A stretch of 64,000 nucleotides of DNA from Takakia lepidozioides. Its lineage: Eukaryota; Plantae; Bryophyta. The DNA is taken from NCBI GenBank assembly GCA_030704615.1, contig CM060731.1:55800001-55864000 (forward strand). The letters run 5' to 3'. Made by a program: the position numbers and the translations under genes. The notes beneath the pieces were generated by a model. The model was not told the DNA's origin, did not search any database, and was given only the letters and a program-made list of their open reading frames with translations. Shown here piece by piece: positions 38,588 to 49,931 of this stretch; within the stretch, counting starts at the first letter, position 1, and the number at the start of each line of letters is the position of its first letter.

Positions 38588-41140
38588 GTGGGACACAATG
38601 GAGGAGATGTATGGAGCTACCAAGGGGCCACGAAGGTACTCTGGGCGGTGGGCACCATTGAGTTGGATGATTTTATCCAAGAGTTTGATAGTTGGTGTGA
38701 TTTGCAGCAAATGCGCAATCCACAACTATTTACGCCGTTCATGGCATGGAAAGGGCTGTTTCAGCACCTTGAGGGGCCGCCTATGGATGATTACCATGAG
38801 TTCAGGCGGGGGCATGAGGTTGAGATCGAGGAGTGGAGGATGTACTGGTCACCCGACTATGTCTCCATCACTAGGGGCACTAGAGCCACGAGGGCAGTGG
38901 CTACACCTGCCGCTGCACCGGCAGCTTCAGCAAGCAGCAGTGGGACTGGTGGTACAGTAGCTACGACGTCCACCCAAGCCACTACCGCACCAGCACTAGC
39001 ACCTGTGCCTGCCTTCAACCCTGTTGTGGAGTTCTTCGAAGAGTTGAGAGGGAACTACCAAGGGGTGAGGACAGAGAAGTTGCGGAGCTTGCAAGAGTTC
39101 CAACGGAAGCCGACCGAGAGCTTGAGGGAGGCTTTCACTCGCATGAGGCGCTTGATAAATGTAACCCAAGGGGTTACGGAAGCTCAGGCAGTCCAATTCT
39201 GGTATGGGATATTGGACAAGGAGCTGAGGAGAAGGGTGCGGGATGCAACTCTCCTACAAGCGGCCCAACCCACCTTAGCAAATGTGTTTTTGCTGGCAGA
39301 GCGGATAGAGCTCAACATGGTGGAGGAACGAGTGGTCATGGTGGGATTTGCTAAGGAGACACCACGGGGTAGTGGTGCTCCTAGCCAACCACTACCTCAA
39401 CGTGCTCAAGGCAACAAGGGGGCTCAGGTGAAGCTCAGGGAAGGGCAGAGAGGACCTCAAATGCAGGGGTCTCTCCCTTCATTTGCTGGCCAACAACGGG
39501 CGGATGTGGTGTGCTGGACATGTGGAGGACCCCATGTCAAGAAGGATTGCCCAGAGGGAGGCAAAGGGTCGGCACATGCACAGCCTGCACAGTTGCAGTG
39601 TGGGCATTGTGGCAAGCACGGGCATGGAGAGGCCCAGTGTTATAGTTTGCATCCTGAGTTGCGCCCAGGCCAGTTCCAAGGGAACAATGGTGGCCGGGGG
39701 CGAGGTGGAGCAGCCCAGAGAGGACGAGGTGGCCAGCCACGAGGCCAAGGGCAAGCTCAACGTGGCCAAGGACGCGGAGGTCAGGGTGTTGACCAAGGCA
39801 TGGCCAACCGGCTTCAGCAGCTAGAGCAGAGGCTCGCTGCCATGGCTACAGCTCAGGTGGTACCGGCTCTAAGGCCGGATGGTCCACCTCCTGCTCCTGA
39901 GGGAGGAGATATGGGAGGCATGGGATTCATGTGTGGAGCAGCACTACCACTAGTGCAGGTGGAGTCTGCTGCAGCCGTGACTCGAGGAGCAGCACGAGTT
40001 CCTGAGCCACGAGGTGCAGAGGTGGAGTTGGATCCACAGCGTGGGGAGGCAAGCCGTCAGGCTAGGCTTCCTCAGTCATTCACATTGGCGGAGACAGTGT
40101 CGACGCCATCCATGGCACCTAGTTCTCGCCCGACTGTTACCGAGGCGGAGGTTACTATGCCATTGGGGAGAGCTACACGGGTAGCACCACTACCTAGTGT
40201 TGCCAAGGCTACGGCAGCTAGTGTGCTGCTAGGAGCGGCCACATCTGTGTGCCAGGCTCCATTGTTCTCGGCTACCATGATTGCGACGCCGGGGGTAAGA
40301 CCAGCTGAGGTGTTCAGGCTGGCAGCTACACTCTGTGAGAGTGGGGAGGTTACTTCATCTTCTGCGGAGATAGTAGGAGGTGTAGTGCCGGAGGGATCCT
40401 CGGATTTGAGGGTCAAGACTGCCACGGCGGCGCCATGGCAAGCTGCAGCTGCCAGATTGATGGAGCTGCCAGCTAGGCCAGCCATTGAGCGCGCCATGGT
40501 GACACCTGGAGTTGTCATGTTAGACAACCAGGATGGCATTTTCTGTTTGAGTGGACCGGCAGGCAAGAGGTACCGGCCACTGCGAGTCTTGTTGGACTCG
40601 GGAGCTCAGCCACTGATGCTGGGCAGAGCTGCTATTGCAGGCTTGGGCCTCACGGAGGCGGATATGGAGCCTTGTCCTTTCCAGATACAGACGTCTCTGG
40701 GAGGATCGGAGCAGGCTCGGGGCATGACACGGCATGAGTTGGCTATCAGACTACGGCCGGATCACCCTACAGATGGCTCAGTGATGCGAGCCAAGGCCAT
40801 TGTGACAGACGCAGTCTCATACGATGTCCTGGTTGGTGGGGCAGTGTTGTACCCCATGGGCTTCACCCTGGATTTTTGGGAGGAGTCAGCTTCCTATAGG
40901 CCTGCATGGCAGTCAGGGGAGGGCCGGCGTGTGCAGCTCCCTGTGACGTTCATAGGAGGAGTTGCGGTTGCCCAGCGAGGCAAGATGCCGACACTAGCAG
41001 CATTCACAGCGGCAGTGAGTTGGCCTAGAGAGTTGCTTGAGGGCAATGCTCATTCAGAGGATGTACCACCTCCGGGAGAGCAGGATGACATGTATGGTAT
41101 GGCGGAGTTGCCTACCATGGTTGCTCAGACTCCATTGTGA
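38588..41140 (+). CDS. Gag (two zinc knuckles, RGG-rich region) plus aspartic protease
   Basis: CWTCGGPHVKKDC, CGHCGKHGHGEAQC, VLLDSGAQ, YDVLVG; the terminal TGA is TGG in the duplicate copy. Confidence 0.9.
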   Translation: MGHNGGDVWSYQGATKVLWAVGTIELDDFIQEFDSWCDLQQMRNPQLFTPFMAWKGLFQHLEGPPMDDYHEFRRGHEVEIEEWRMYWSPDYVSITRGTRATRAVATPAAAPAASASSSGTGGTVATTSTQATTAPALAPVPAFNPVVEFFEELRGNYQGVRTEKLRSLQEFQRKPTESLREAFTRMRRLINVTQGVTEAQAVQFWYGILDKELRRRVRDATLLQAAQPTLANVFLLAERIELNMVEERVVMVGFAKETPRGSGAPSQPLPQRAQGNKGAQVKLREGQRGPQMQGSLPSFAGQQRADVVCWTCGGPHVKKDCPEGGKGSAHAQPAQLQCGHCGKHGHGEAQCYSLHPELRPGQFQGNNGGRGRGGAAQRGRGGQPRGQGQAQRGQGRGGQGVDQGMANRLQQLEQRLAAMATAQVVPALRPDGPPPAPEGGDMGGMGFMCGAALPLVQVESAAAVTRGAARVPEPRGAEVELDPQRGEASRQARLPQSFTLAETVSTPSMAPSSRPTVTEAEVTMPLGRATRVAPLPSVAKATAASVLLGAATSVCQAPLFSATMIATPGVRPAEVFRLAATLCESGEVTSSSAEIVGGVVPEGSSDLRVKTATAAPWQAAAARLMELPARPAIERAMVTPGVVMLDNQDGIFCLSGPAGKRYRPLRVLLDSGAQPLMLGRAAIAGLGLTEADMEPCPFQIQTSLGGSEQARGMTRHELAIRLRPDHPTDGSVMRAKAIVTDAVSYDVLVGGAVLYPMGFTLDFWEESASYRPAWQSGEGRRVQLPVTFIGGVAVAQRGKMPTLAAFTAAVSWPRELLEGNAHSEDVPPPGEQDDMYGMAELPTMVAQTPL

Positions 41141-41309
41141 GGCACGAGCAAGGATTTGCAGCGGGATGCTAATCGACGGTGCAACAAGCCTGGGTGGAGG
41201 CTTTTGTACCGTCAGGAGAGGAGGAGAGTGTGGGGATTGCACCAGGACCACCTCAATTGTCTCCATTGGACACCACACCTATTGTGTGGCAGTCTCCGGA
41301 TGAAGGCAT

Positions 41310-42262
41310 TTGTCTTCTGGACTTGTTTGGCGGGATCAGCACCGGATTGGCTGCTGTGTTACAGCAGGTGTACGAGTTCGACATTACCTGTATGTGGAGA
41401 GGGATGAGACTGCACGACGCGTTTCACTTCGCCATGTTGCTCAGTTGGTGCAGCGGTACCCTGAGTTGTTGTCGGTGTCTGCAATTCGTGGATATCAGCA
41501 GGCCTTGCCAGCAGACATTTCGTTGCTGGGGGCGCAGGATTTGGAGCGGGTTGGCTCCATTGATCTGGTAGTGGCAGGTTGGCCCTGCCAAGGGCATTCA
41601 TCAGCCGGCATGGCAATGGATTGCGAGACTCGAGGTCGGGTCTGTTTTGGGAGATGGTGCGGGTTTTGCGCCACTTGCAGCTTCATCAAGCTGTATCTCC
41701 AGCATACATCTTGGAGAATGTGCCACTGATGGGCGATTCTCGGGCCAGGGTGATGGCCAGTGTGCATCAAGTCCGGTCATGGCTTGGGTCAGCAGTGTTG
41801 CTAGATGCAGCTACAGTGGGGTCACGGGCTCATCGTCCACGGCTATGGTGGACTAACATGATGCCACCCGCACTGCTCAAGCGTGCATTTGATGGGGTGC
41901 AGCGGCCAGCACATCTCACAGTGGATAACATTCTGGACACAGGGAGGCAGTCTCAACGTGTGAGACACGATGACCGTTCGCCTTTGGCAGTGGTCAACAA
42001 GGTGGGTCAACCACGAGCAGCATTACCTACACTGCTCAGCTTCCCAGGATCGCATGCTTTCCGGGATAGTGGACCTGGCCTCCTATGGGATGCTCAGTTG
42101 CAGCAGTTAGTGGAGCCTAATGCTGACGAGCGTGAGCGGGCAATGGGTTTTACCACTGGTACCACGGCGGTGTCGTCTCTTTACTGAGGCATCACGTCGT
42201 CAAGTGTTGGGGCAAGCAATGGATCTCAATTGCTTGACCTGGATTATCAGCTTGGCTCTAGC
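41310..42262 (+). pseudogene. First, frameshifted copy of the DNMT3-like C5 methyltransferase domain
   Basis: Nearly identical to 44285-45240 but with single-base indels. Confidence 0.85.
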
Positions 42263-44233
42263 TGAGCAACGCAGAGTGCGGAATACACTTCCCTCAATGG
42301 TCTCTCTGCCTACCGAGATGGTACAGGCAGTGAGTGGGGGCGAGCATATGAGGACCACGGGGTGCATGCATCCATGGCACACGTGGGAGGTGCTCGAGGT
42401 TCAGAGGGAGTTGGCAGCCAAGGCGGCTGTGATGGATGAGGTTGGGGATTCTTCTCGGGTTGAGGAGGTCCTCAAGGATGAGATGATGGGGCAGGATGAG
42501 GCCTTGTCATTGACTGAGCAGGTAGGGAGTACTGCTCAAGAGGTTGCAGCATAGCAACCACGGGACGCGTCCTCTACCTCTAAGCCCACTGGACTTAAGG
42601 TTGTAGTTACGGAGGACAATTGGGAGCCTGACATTGGACCCATTGTCACCGGAGGAGAGAGACGACGTATACGGCGGTTCCTGAGGGCTTACAGGAATTG
42701 CTTTGCCTTCAGTTTGAAGGACTTGGGAGCACTCAAGGGTCAAGAGATCCGTATTGAGTTGGCCACTGACACGCCAATCTTTCGGAGACCCTATAGATAC
42801 AGTGACATGGAGAGGTCTTTGATTCAGATGAGGACTCAAGATCTCTCGGAGGCAGGTTTGGTGGAGCTCTCTGGTGGAGAGTATGCTTCAGCCACAGTGA
42901 TGCCAGCCAAGAAGGATGTCTATGGCAATTGGACGGAGAGACGTATGTGCGGTGATGTGACATGTCACACACGAGTTCCTGAGCCACGAGGTGCAGAGGT
43001 GGAGTTGGATCCACAGCGTGGGGAGGCAAGCCGTCAGGCTAGGCTTCCTCAGTCATTCACATTGGCGGAGACAATGTCAACGCCACCCATGGCACCTAGT
43101 TCTCGCCCGACTATTACCGAGGCGGAGGGTACTATGCCATTGGGGAGAGCTACACGGGCAGCACCACTACCTAGTGTTGCCAAGGCTACGGCAGCTAGTG
43201 TGTTGTTAGGAGCGGCCACATCTGTGTGCCAGGCTCCATTGTTCTCGGCTACCATGATTGCGACGCCGGGGGTAAGACCAGCTGAGGTGTTCAGGCTGGC
43301 AGCTACACTCTGTGAGAGTGGGGAGGTTACTTCATCTTCTGCGGAGATAGTGGGAGGTGTAGTGCCGGAGGGATCCTCGGATTTGAGGGTCAAGACTGCC
43401 ACGGCGGCGCCATGGCAAGCTGCAGCTGTCAGGTTGATGGAGCTGCCAGCTAGGCCAGCCATTGAGCGCGCCATGGTGACACCTGGAGTTGTCATGTTAG
43501 ACAACCAGGATGGCATTTTCTGTTTGAGTGGACCGACAGGCAAGAGGTACCGGCCACTGCGAGTCTTGTTGGACTCGGGAGCTCAGCCACTGATGCTGGG
43601 CAGAGCTGCTATTGCAGGCTTGGGCCTCACGGAGGCGGATATGGAGCCTTGTCCTTTCCAGATACAGACGTCTCTGGGAGGATCGGAGCAGGCTCGGGGC
43701 ATGACACGGCATGAGTTGGCTATCAGACTACGGCCGGATCACCCTACAGATGGCTCAGTGATGCGAGCCAAGGCCATTGTGACAGACGCAGTCTCATACA
43801 ATGTCCTGGTTGGTGGGGCAGTGTTGTACCCCATGGGCTTCACCCTGGATTTTTGGGAGGAGTCAGCTTCCTACAGGCCTGCATGGCAGTCAGGGGAGGG
43901 CCGGCGTGCGCAGCTCCCTGTGACGTTCATAGAAGGAGTTGCGGTTGCCCAGCGAGGCAAGATGCCGACACTAGCAGCATTCACAGCGGCAGTGAGTTGG
44001 CCTAGAGAGTTGCTTGAGGGCAATGCTCATTCAGAGGATGTACCACCTCCGGGAGAGCAGGATGACATGTATGGTATGGCGGAGTTGCCTACCATGGTTG
44101 CTCAGACTCCATTGTGGGGCACGAGCAAGGATTTGCAGTGGGATGCTGATCGACGGGTCCAACAAGCCTGGGTGGAGGCTTTTGTACCGTCAGGAGAGGA
44201 GGAGAGTGTGGGATTGCACCAGGACCACCTCAA

Positions 44234-45532
44234 TTGTCTCCATTGGACACCACACCTATTGTGTGGCAGTCTCCGGATGAAGGCATTTGTCTTCTGGACT
44301 TGTTTGGCGGGATCAGCACCGGATTGGCTGCTGTGTTACAGGCAGGTGTACGAGTTCGGCGTTACCTGTATGTGGAGAGGGATGAGACTGCACGACGCGT
44401 TTCACTTCGCCATGTTGCTCAGTTGGTGCAGCGGTACCCTGAGTTGTTGTCGGTGTCTGCAATTCGTGGATATCAGCAGGCCTTGCCAGCAGACATTTCG
44501 TTACTGGGGGCGCAGGATTTGGAGCGGGTTGGCTCCATTGATCTAGTAGTGGCAGGTTGGCCCTGCCAAGGGCATTCATCAGCCGGGCATGGCAATGGAT
44601 TGCGAGACTCGAGGTCGGGTCTGTTTTGGGAGATGGTGCGGGTTTTGCGCCACTTGCAGCTTCATCAAGCTGTATCTCCAGCATACATCTTGGAGAATGT
44701 GCCACTGATGGGCGATTCTCGGGCCAGGGTGATGGCCAGTGTGCATCAAGTCCGGTCGTGGCTTGGGTCAGCAGTGTTGCTGGATGCAGCTACAGTGGGG
44801 TCACGGGCTCATCGTCCACGGCTATGGTGGACTAACATGATGCCACCCGCACTGCTCAAGCGTGCATTTGATGGGGTGCAGCGGCCAGCACATCTCACAG
44901 TGGATAACATTCTGGACACAGGGAGGCAGTCTCAACGTGTGAGACACGATGACCGTTCGCCTTTGGCAGTGGTCAACAAAGTGGGTCAACCACGAGCAGC
45001 ATTACCTACACTGCTCAGCTTCCCAGGATCGCATGCTTTCCGGGATAGTGGACCTGGCCTCCTGTGGAATGCTCAGTTGCAGCAGTTAGTGGAGCCTAAT
45101 GCTGACGAGCGTGAGCGGGCAATGGGTTTTACCACTGGTACCACGGCGGTGTCGTCTCTTACTGAGGCATCACGTCGTCAAGTGTTGGGACAAGCAATGG
45201 ATCTCAATTGCTTGACCTGGATTATCAGCTTGGCTCTAGCTGAGCAACGCAGAGTGCGGAATACACTTCCCTCAATGGTCTCTCTGCCTACCGAGACGGT
45301 ACAGGCAGTGAGTGGGGGCGAGCATATGAGGACCACGGGGTGCATGCATCCATGGCACACGTGGGAGGTGCTCGAGGTTCAGAGGGAGTTGGCAGCCAAG
45401 GCGGCTGTGATGGATGAGGTTGGGGATTCTTCTCGGGTTGAGGAGGTCCTCAAGGATGAGATGATGGGGCAGGATGAGGCCTTGTCATTGACTGAGCAGG
45501 TAGGGAGTACTGCTCAAGAGGTTGCAGCATAG
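44234..45532 (+). CDS. DNMT3-like C5 cytosine DNA methyltransferase domain (part of the polyprotein)
   Basis: Motif I DLFGGIS, II YVERD, IV AGWPCQGHS, VI ILENV, VIII AHRPRLWWTN, IX ERERAMGF, X RRQVLGQAM, in canonical order. Confidence 0.93.
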   Translation: MSPLDTTPIVWQSPDEGICLLDLFGGISTGLAAVLQAGVRVRRYLYVERDETARRVSLRHVAQLVQRYPELLSVSAIRGYQQALPADISLLGAQDLERVGSIDLVVAGWPCQGHSSAGHGNGLRDSRSGLFWEMVRVLRHLQLHQAVSPAYILENVPLMGDSRARVMASVHQVRSWLGSAVLLDAATVGSRAHRPRLWWTNMMPPALLKRAFDGVQRPAHLTVDNILDTGRQSQRVRHDDRSPLAVVNKVGQPRAALPTLLSFPGSHAFRDSGPGLLWNAQLQQLVEPNADERERAMGFTTGTTAVSSLTEASRRQVLGQAMDLNCLTWIISLALAEQRRVRNTLPSMVSLPTETVQAVSGGEHMRTTGCMHPWHTWEVLEVQRELAAKAAVMDEVGDSSRVEEVLKDEMMGQDEALSLTEQVGSTAQEVAA

Positions 45533-47317
45533 CAACCACGGGACGCGTCCTCTACCTCTAAGCCCACTGGACTTAAGGTTGTAGTTACGGAGGACAATTG
45601 GGAGCCTGACATTGGACCCATTGTCACCGGAGGAGAGAGACGACGTATACGGCGGTTCCTGAGGGCTTACAGGAATTGCTTTGCCTTCAGTTTGAAGGAC
45701 TTGGGAGCACTCAAGGGTCAAGAGATCCGTATTGAGTTGGCCACTGACACGCCAATCTTGCGGAGACCCTATAGATACAGTGACATGGAGAGGTCTTTGA
45801 TTCAGATGAGGACTCAAGATCTCTCGGAGGCAGGTTTGGTGGAGCTCTCTGGTGGAGAGTATGCTTCAGCCACAGTGATGCCAGCCAAGAAGGATGTCTA
45901 TGGCAATTGGACGGAGAGACGTATGTGCGGTGATTACCGGCCTGTAAATCGTCAGACCAAGTCCGATAAGTATGCCATGCCAACACCAGAGGAGATCTTT
46001 GATGCCATCGGGCATGCTAAGGCCTTTAGCACTTTGGATTTACGATCCGGATATCACCAGTTGCCAATCAAGGAGGCGGACAAGCAGAAGACGGCATTCT
46101 GGGGGATCAATGAGCACGGCAAGGATTGCCTATATCAGTGGCGGTTCTTACCATTTGGGCTTAAGAATGCTCCTGCAGAGTTTCAGAGAGTCATGGATAG
46201 GATTCTAGCAGGGGTGGACTTTGCTCGGTGCTACATAGATGACATCATCATCTTTAGTGTTACGATGGAGGAGCATGAGAGACACCTTCAGGTGGTATTG
46301 GAGCGCTTGAGAGCGCACGGATTGAAGTTGCATCCGGGGAAGTGCAAGTTTTTCCACAACCAGATTGAGTATCTGGGTCACATGATATATCCTGGAGGAT
46401 TGGGGGTACAGCAGACTAAGGTAGAGGCCATTGCACAAATTCCACGCCCCACGGATGTGAGCCGAGTTCGAGCTTTCATGGGGTTGGCAAACTATTATAG
46501 ACGGTTTGTCAAGGGATTTAGTACCATTGAAAAGGCTCTAACCAAGCTGACCAAGGTGGACCAGGAGTGGCAGTGGGAAGATGAGCAGGAACAAGCTTTT
46601 CAAGAGCTCAAGGCGAGGTTGACCTCGGCGCCTATCTTGAGACGACCTATCAGGGGGCGTCCCTTTCAGCTGCATACGGATTGGAGCATGCTGGGGCTTG
46701 GAGCGGTGCTCACACAGGTGGATGATGAGGGAAGAGAGTTCGTAGTGGCTTACGCTAGCCGCTCGAACAACGCTGCAGAGGCTAAGTACAGCTCATATGA
46801 GGGGGAGTGCTTAGCTGCAGTGTGGGCCGTGGCACACTTCAGGTGCTATCTATACGGCAATCTTTTCACCCTTGTCACGGATCACCAGCCACTCAAGTGG
46901 TTGATGGAGTCAGACAAGCTTACGGGGAAGCTTGCACGGTGGGCACTTATACTCCAGGAGTATGACTTTCAGGTTGTGCATCGACCGGGTTTGGTCAATC
47001 GGGATGCGGATGGATTGAGTCGCAATCCATGCATGAGCCAGCAGGATGACACTGGAGCTCGGTGGCATGGTGAGACGGACGAGGAGATGGTGCCGGGATG
47101 GCACGCATCTGCATTTTTGTGTATCTTGGCATCGGGAGGTCAGATTGGACCTACAACAGGGATGACTGTAGACGGAGTGTCTGAGGACCCTGAGGCTAGT
47201 GATGAGCTAGGTGGTGCCAGAGATATACATGAGGATTCGGCTGTGTTGAACTACCTCCGCACGGGAGACACGGCAGCCATTGTGACTGCCAGGGAGAGGG
47301 ATCGGATCCTGCAATGA
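45533..47317 (+). CDS. Reverse transcriptase and RNase H
   Basis: RMCGDYRPVN, LDLRSGYHQ, LPFGLKNAPAEFQ, YIDD; RH motifs HTDWS, YEGECLA, TDHQPL, DADGLSR; ends at an in-frame TGA. Confidence 0.95.
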   Translation, partial: QPRDASSTSKPTGLKVVVTEDNWEPDIGPIVTGGERRRIRRFLRAYRNCFAFSLKDLGALKGQEIRIELATDTPILRRPYRYSDMERSLIQMRTQDLSEAGLVELSGGEYASATVMPAKKDVYGNWTERRMCGDYRPVNRQTKSDKYAMPTPEEIFDAIGHAKAFSTLDLRSGYHQLPIKEADKQKTAFWGINEHGKDCLYQWRFLPFGLKNAPAEFQRVMDRILAGVDFARCYIDDIIIFSVTMEEHERHLQVVLERLRAHGLKLHPGKCKFFHNQIEYLGHMIYPGGLGVQQTKVEAIAQIPRPTDVSRVRAFMGLANYYRRFVKGFSTIEKALTKLTKVDQEWQWEDEQEQAFQELKARLTSAPILRRPIRGRPFQLHTDWSMLGLGAVLTQVDDEGREFVVAYASRSNNAAEAKYSSYEGECLAAVWAVAHFRCYLYGNLFTLVTDHQPLKWLMESDKLTGKLARWALILQEYDFQVVHRPGLVNRDADGLSRNPCMSQQDDTGARWHGETDEEMVPGWHASAFLCILASGGQIGPTTGMTVDGVSEDPEASDELGGARDIHEDSAVLNYLRTGDTAAIVTARERDRILQ

Positions 47318-48667
47318 GCCAAGAGGTTCAAGTGGGAGGGGATACACCTACTTCGAGTGTGGGAGGATGGTCGGGTGAGGATTGTGCCTCACCCCACATA
47401 GCGTGCACGGTTAGTGCGGCATGCCCATGAGGAGTTGGGGCATTTTGGAGTGCGACGCACTCACAGTTTACTGCAGGGGCAGTATTGGTGGTGTGGTATG
47501 CATACAGAGGTGCAACAGTTTGTGGCTAGGTGCATGGTGTGTGACAGGGTGCGTGCTTCATTCAACGCCCCTACACCACAGTTGCATCCTTTACCTATCA
47601 TGGGATTGGGCTACAGGTGGAGTCTTGACTTCGCAGGACCGTTGCCACTGACTATGCGCCACCACAGATATGTGTTGGTGATGGTGGAGCACTTCTCCAA
47701 GTGGATTGAGTTGGTTCCATTGCCTGACAAGGCTAGTGAGGGGGCTGCGTATGCATTCTTGGATCGTGTGCTTAGCCGATTTGGTGCTCCAGCTGAGGTA
47801 CTCACGGACCAAGGGAGAGAGTTCTTGGGGGAGTTTCAGGCTTTGTGTGATAAAGCCTTGATAGACCACCGCACCACTTCTCGGGATCATCCTGAGGCCG
47901 ATGGCTTAGCAGAGAGAGTTGTTCAGACGGTGAAGAGGGGTTTGCGCAAGTATGGCTTGCAGAAGGGACACCTAGGAGATTGGGATCTTCAGGTTCCTTG
48001 GTTAGCCATGGGCTACAGGTTCAGCAAACAAGCATCACTTGCCTCCTTCTCACCATATTTCCTTCTCTTTGGCCGAGAGCCGGATTTGCCTGCAGCCATT
48101 CGTAGGGACACTGCTCAAGTCCTTAACCTTGACGATCCGGACATGTGGGTACGTGCATGTGATCAGCGTGCAGAGTTGTTCAAGAAAGTCATGCCCATGG
48201 CTTTTGAGAACCTTGCCATTGCACAGCACCGTGATACGTTGAGGTATGCCACTATACGTGGTGGAGGATATCGTCCTGGGGTTCGGAGGTTTAGCCCTGG
48301 TGACTATGTTTATTTGCAGCAGACTGCTCCTACGACTCTGGATGTTACTGCAGGGCGTGTTATTCTGAGGGTTCGAGAGGTGTTGCCCTCAGGGGTCCTG
48401 ATCTTAGAGGGTCGGGATGGCATGACTTGGAAAGACCATGTGCGTAATTGTGCGCCATGTCACCTTCCCAATGTCGATGGCAGAGTTGACCCAAACTTGG
48501 CAGTGGTACCTGCAGGTTTGAGGTGCATGCTCTGTGGGTCTGCCAAAGGGGCAGCCACCATGCTGGTGTGTGATCGGTGCTCAAGGGGTTGGCATATGGG
48601 ATGCTTGACACCACCCCTTGAGAAGGTTCCTGACGGAGATTGGTTGTGTCCACACTGCTTGGGATAG
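47318..48667 (+). CDS. Integrase (HHCC, DDE) with C-terminal PHD finger; in-frame TAG at 47399
   Basis: HEELGH..CMVC, SLDF, TDQG, LAERV; PHD CMLC..MLVCDRC..WHMGCLTPPL..PDGDWLCPHC at 48524-48658. Confidence 0.93.
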
Positions 48668-49487
48668 TGGCAGTGGACATGACTGGAGGCAACTAACAAG
48701 ACATGGGAGGCCAAGCTCATAGGAGTCAATACATGAGATCCCAAGCTCAAGTTCACAGGTTGCAAGACGGCGACTAACGATGGGGCAACTCTTGCACCCG
48801 GCCTCTTGATCTATCGAGTTTGAGTGTAGTAGGGATAGTGGTGGAGGACTTAGTGAGGCTATGGTCACTATCACATCTTGTGGCTACCTGGACTTAGAGG
48901 GACCTAAGCACCAGCTAGGGGGGCGATTGTGTGGACTAGTGACTGCCATAGTGGGCAGCGTAGTGGCAGCCTAGTGACTGACTAGTTGTAGCCTAGTGGT
49001 TGGCTTAGTGGCTGGACTAGTGGTAGACTAGTGGTATACTAGTGTGTGGTGTGCACATGTGTTGTGTGGTTTTGGACAGCGATGTAGTTGTGTAGCGATA
49101 TGTATGCGCACGACACAAGCCATTGTGCTGACAGGATAATATATTTAGGGTCAGACGACAGTTCAACTTGCAAACCCCATTCAACACAACATCAACACCA
49201 CATTGACATGACAGAAAATTGCCATACACGCTCGAAATACAAACATCAGGAAACTACAAGTTTTTATTCTGTACAGCGACAACTCCGAGCTTCCATCATC
49301 AGAAATGGACCACTACGGCATAAGAAACCTGTGGATGTACCATAACCCGGAGCTTGTGCCCTCCAATTACGCTCCACAATGATCCTTAACGCTCTATGCT
49401 GCTGCGTTGACATCCACAACACGAACCACCGAGTCGTCGAACCACAGGTCCAGAATTAGGAGTGGTGTGGTAGTCGTCCACTGCGCC

Positions 49488-49931
49488 TCATATCGGGACC
49501 TCCTCCACAGCGTCGTGAAATTCGCAAACATCCAGAACAAACCTGTTCCGATTCTCCCTTAGTGTCAACAATATATTCCCTGGCCCAGAAGAGTGAGTGA
49601 GCAACTCAAGAGCCCTATCCGGGAGCAAATACTGTGGAGGTGCAGTATAGTTATGGTAGTAAGACCTCCAGAACTCGCCGCAGCAACATCTCATGATGAA
49701 GAGACGAACACTCCGTCTTCCAGGTCTATCTCGCACAACAAATATCCACTGTTGTCCACTGGCAAGCCTCACCCAAAGAGAATCCCACAGAAGTGCTCGG
49801 AAACTCGTCACCCTGCGTGTACCTTCACTGAAGTCCAACTCCACCATAATGTCTCCCATCACCGGCTCACGCAATCGCGAACCTTGAATCCCGCTCCGTC
49901 GAATGTAGAAGGCATTTACACAGGGCGGCAT
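49488..49931 (-). CDS. Hypothetical 147-aa ORF of unknown function
   Basis: ATG-initiated ORF with plausible composition and no recognisable motif. Confidence 0.3.
   Translation of the reverse strand: MPPCVNAFYIRRSGIQGSRLREPVMGDIMVELDFSEGTRRVTSFRALLWDSLWVRLASGQQWIFVVRDRPGRRSVRLFIMRCCCGEFWRSYYHNYTAPPQYLLPDRALELLTHSSGPGNILLTLRENRNRFVLDVCEFHDAVEEVPI

Larger units (their letters stand above)
38405..49110 (+). mobile_element. Ty3/Gypsy retrotransposon Gag-PR-DNMT-RT-RH-IN-PHD with an internal 2.97-kb tandem duplication
   Basis: Domain order read from the ORFs; PPT-like AGGGGGGCGA at 48917-48926 followed by TGT at 48928; weak tRNA-Asp-like PBS (GTTGCTGGGGA) near 38420. Confidence 0.9.
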
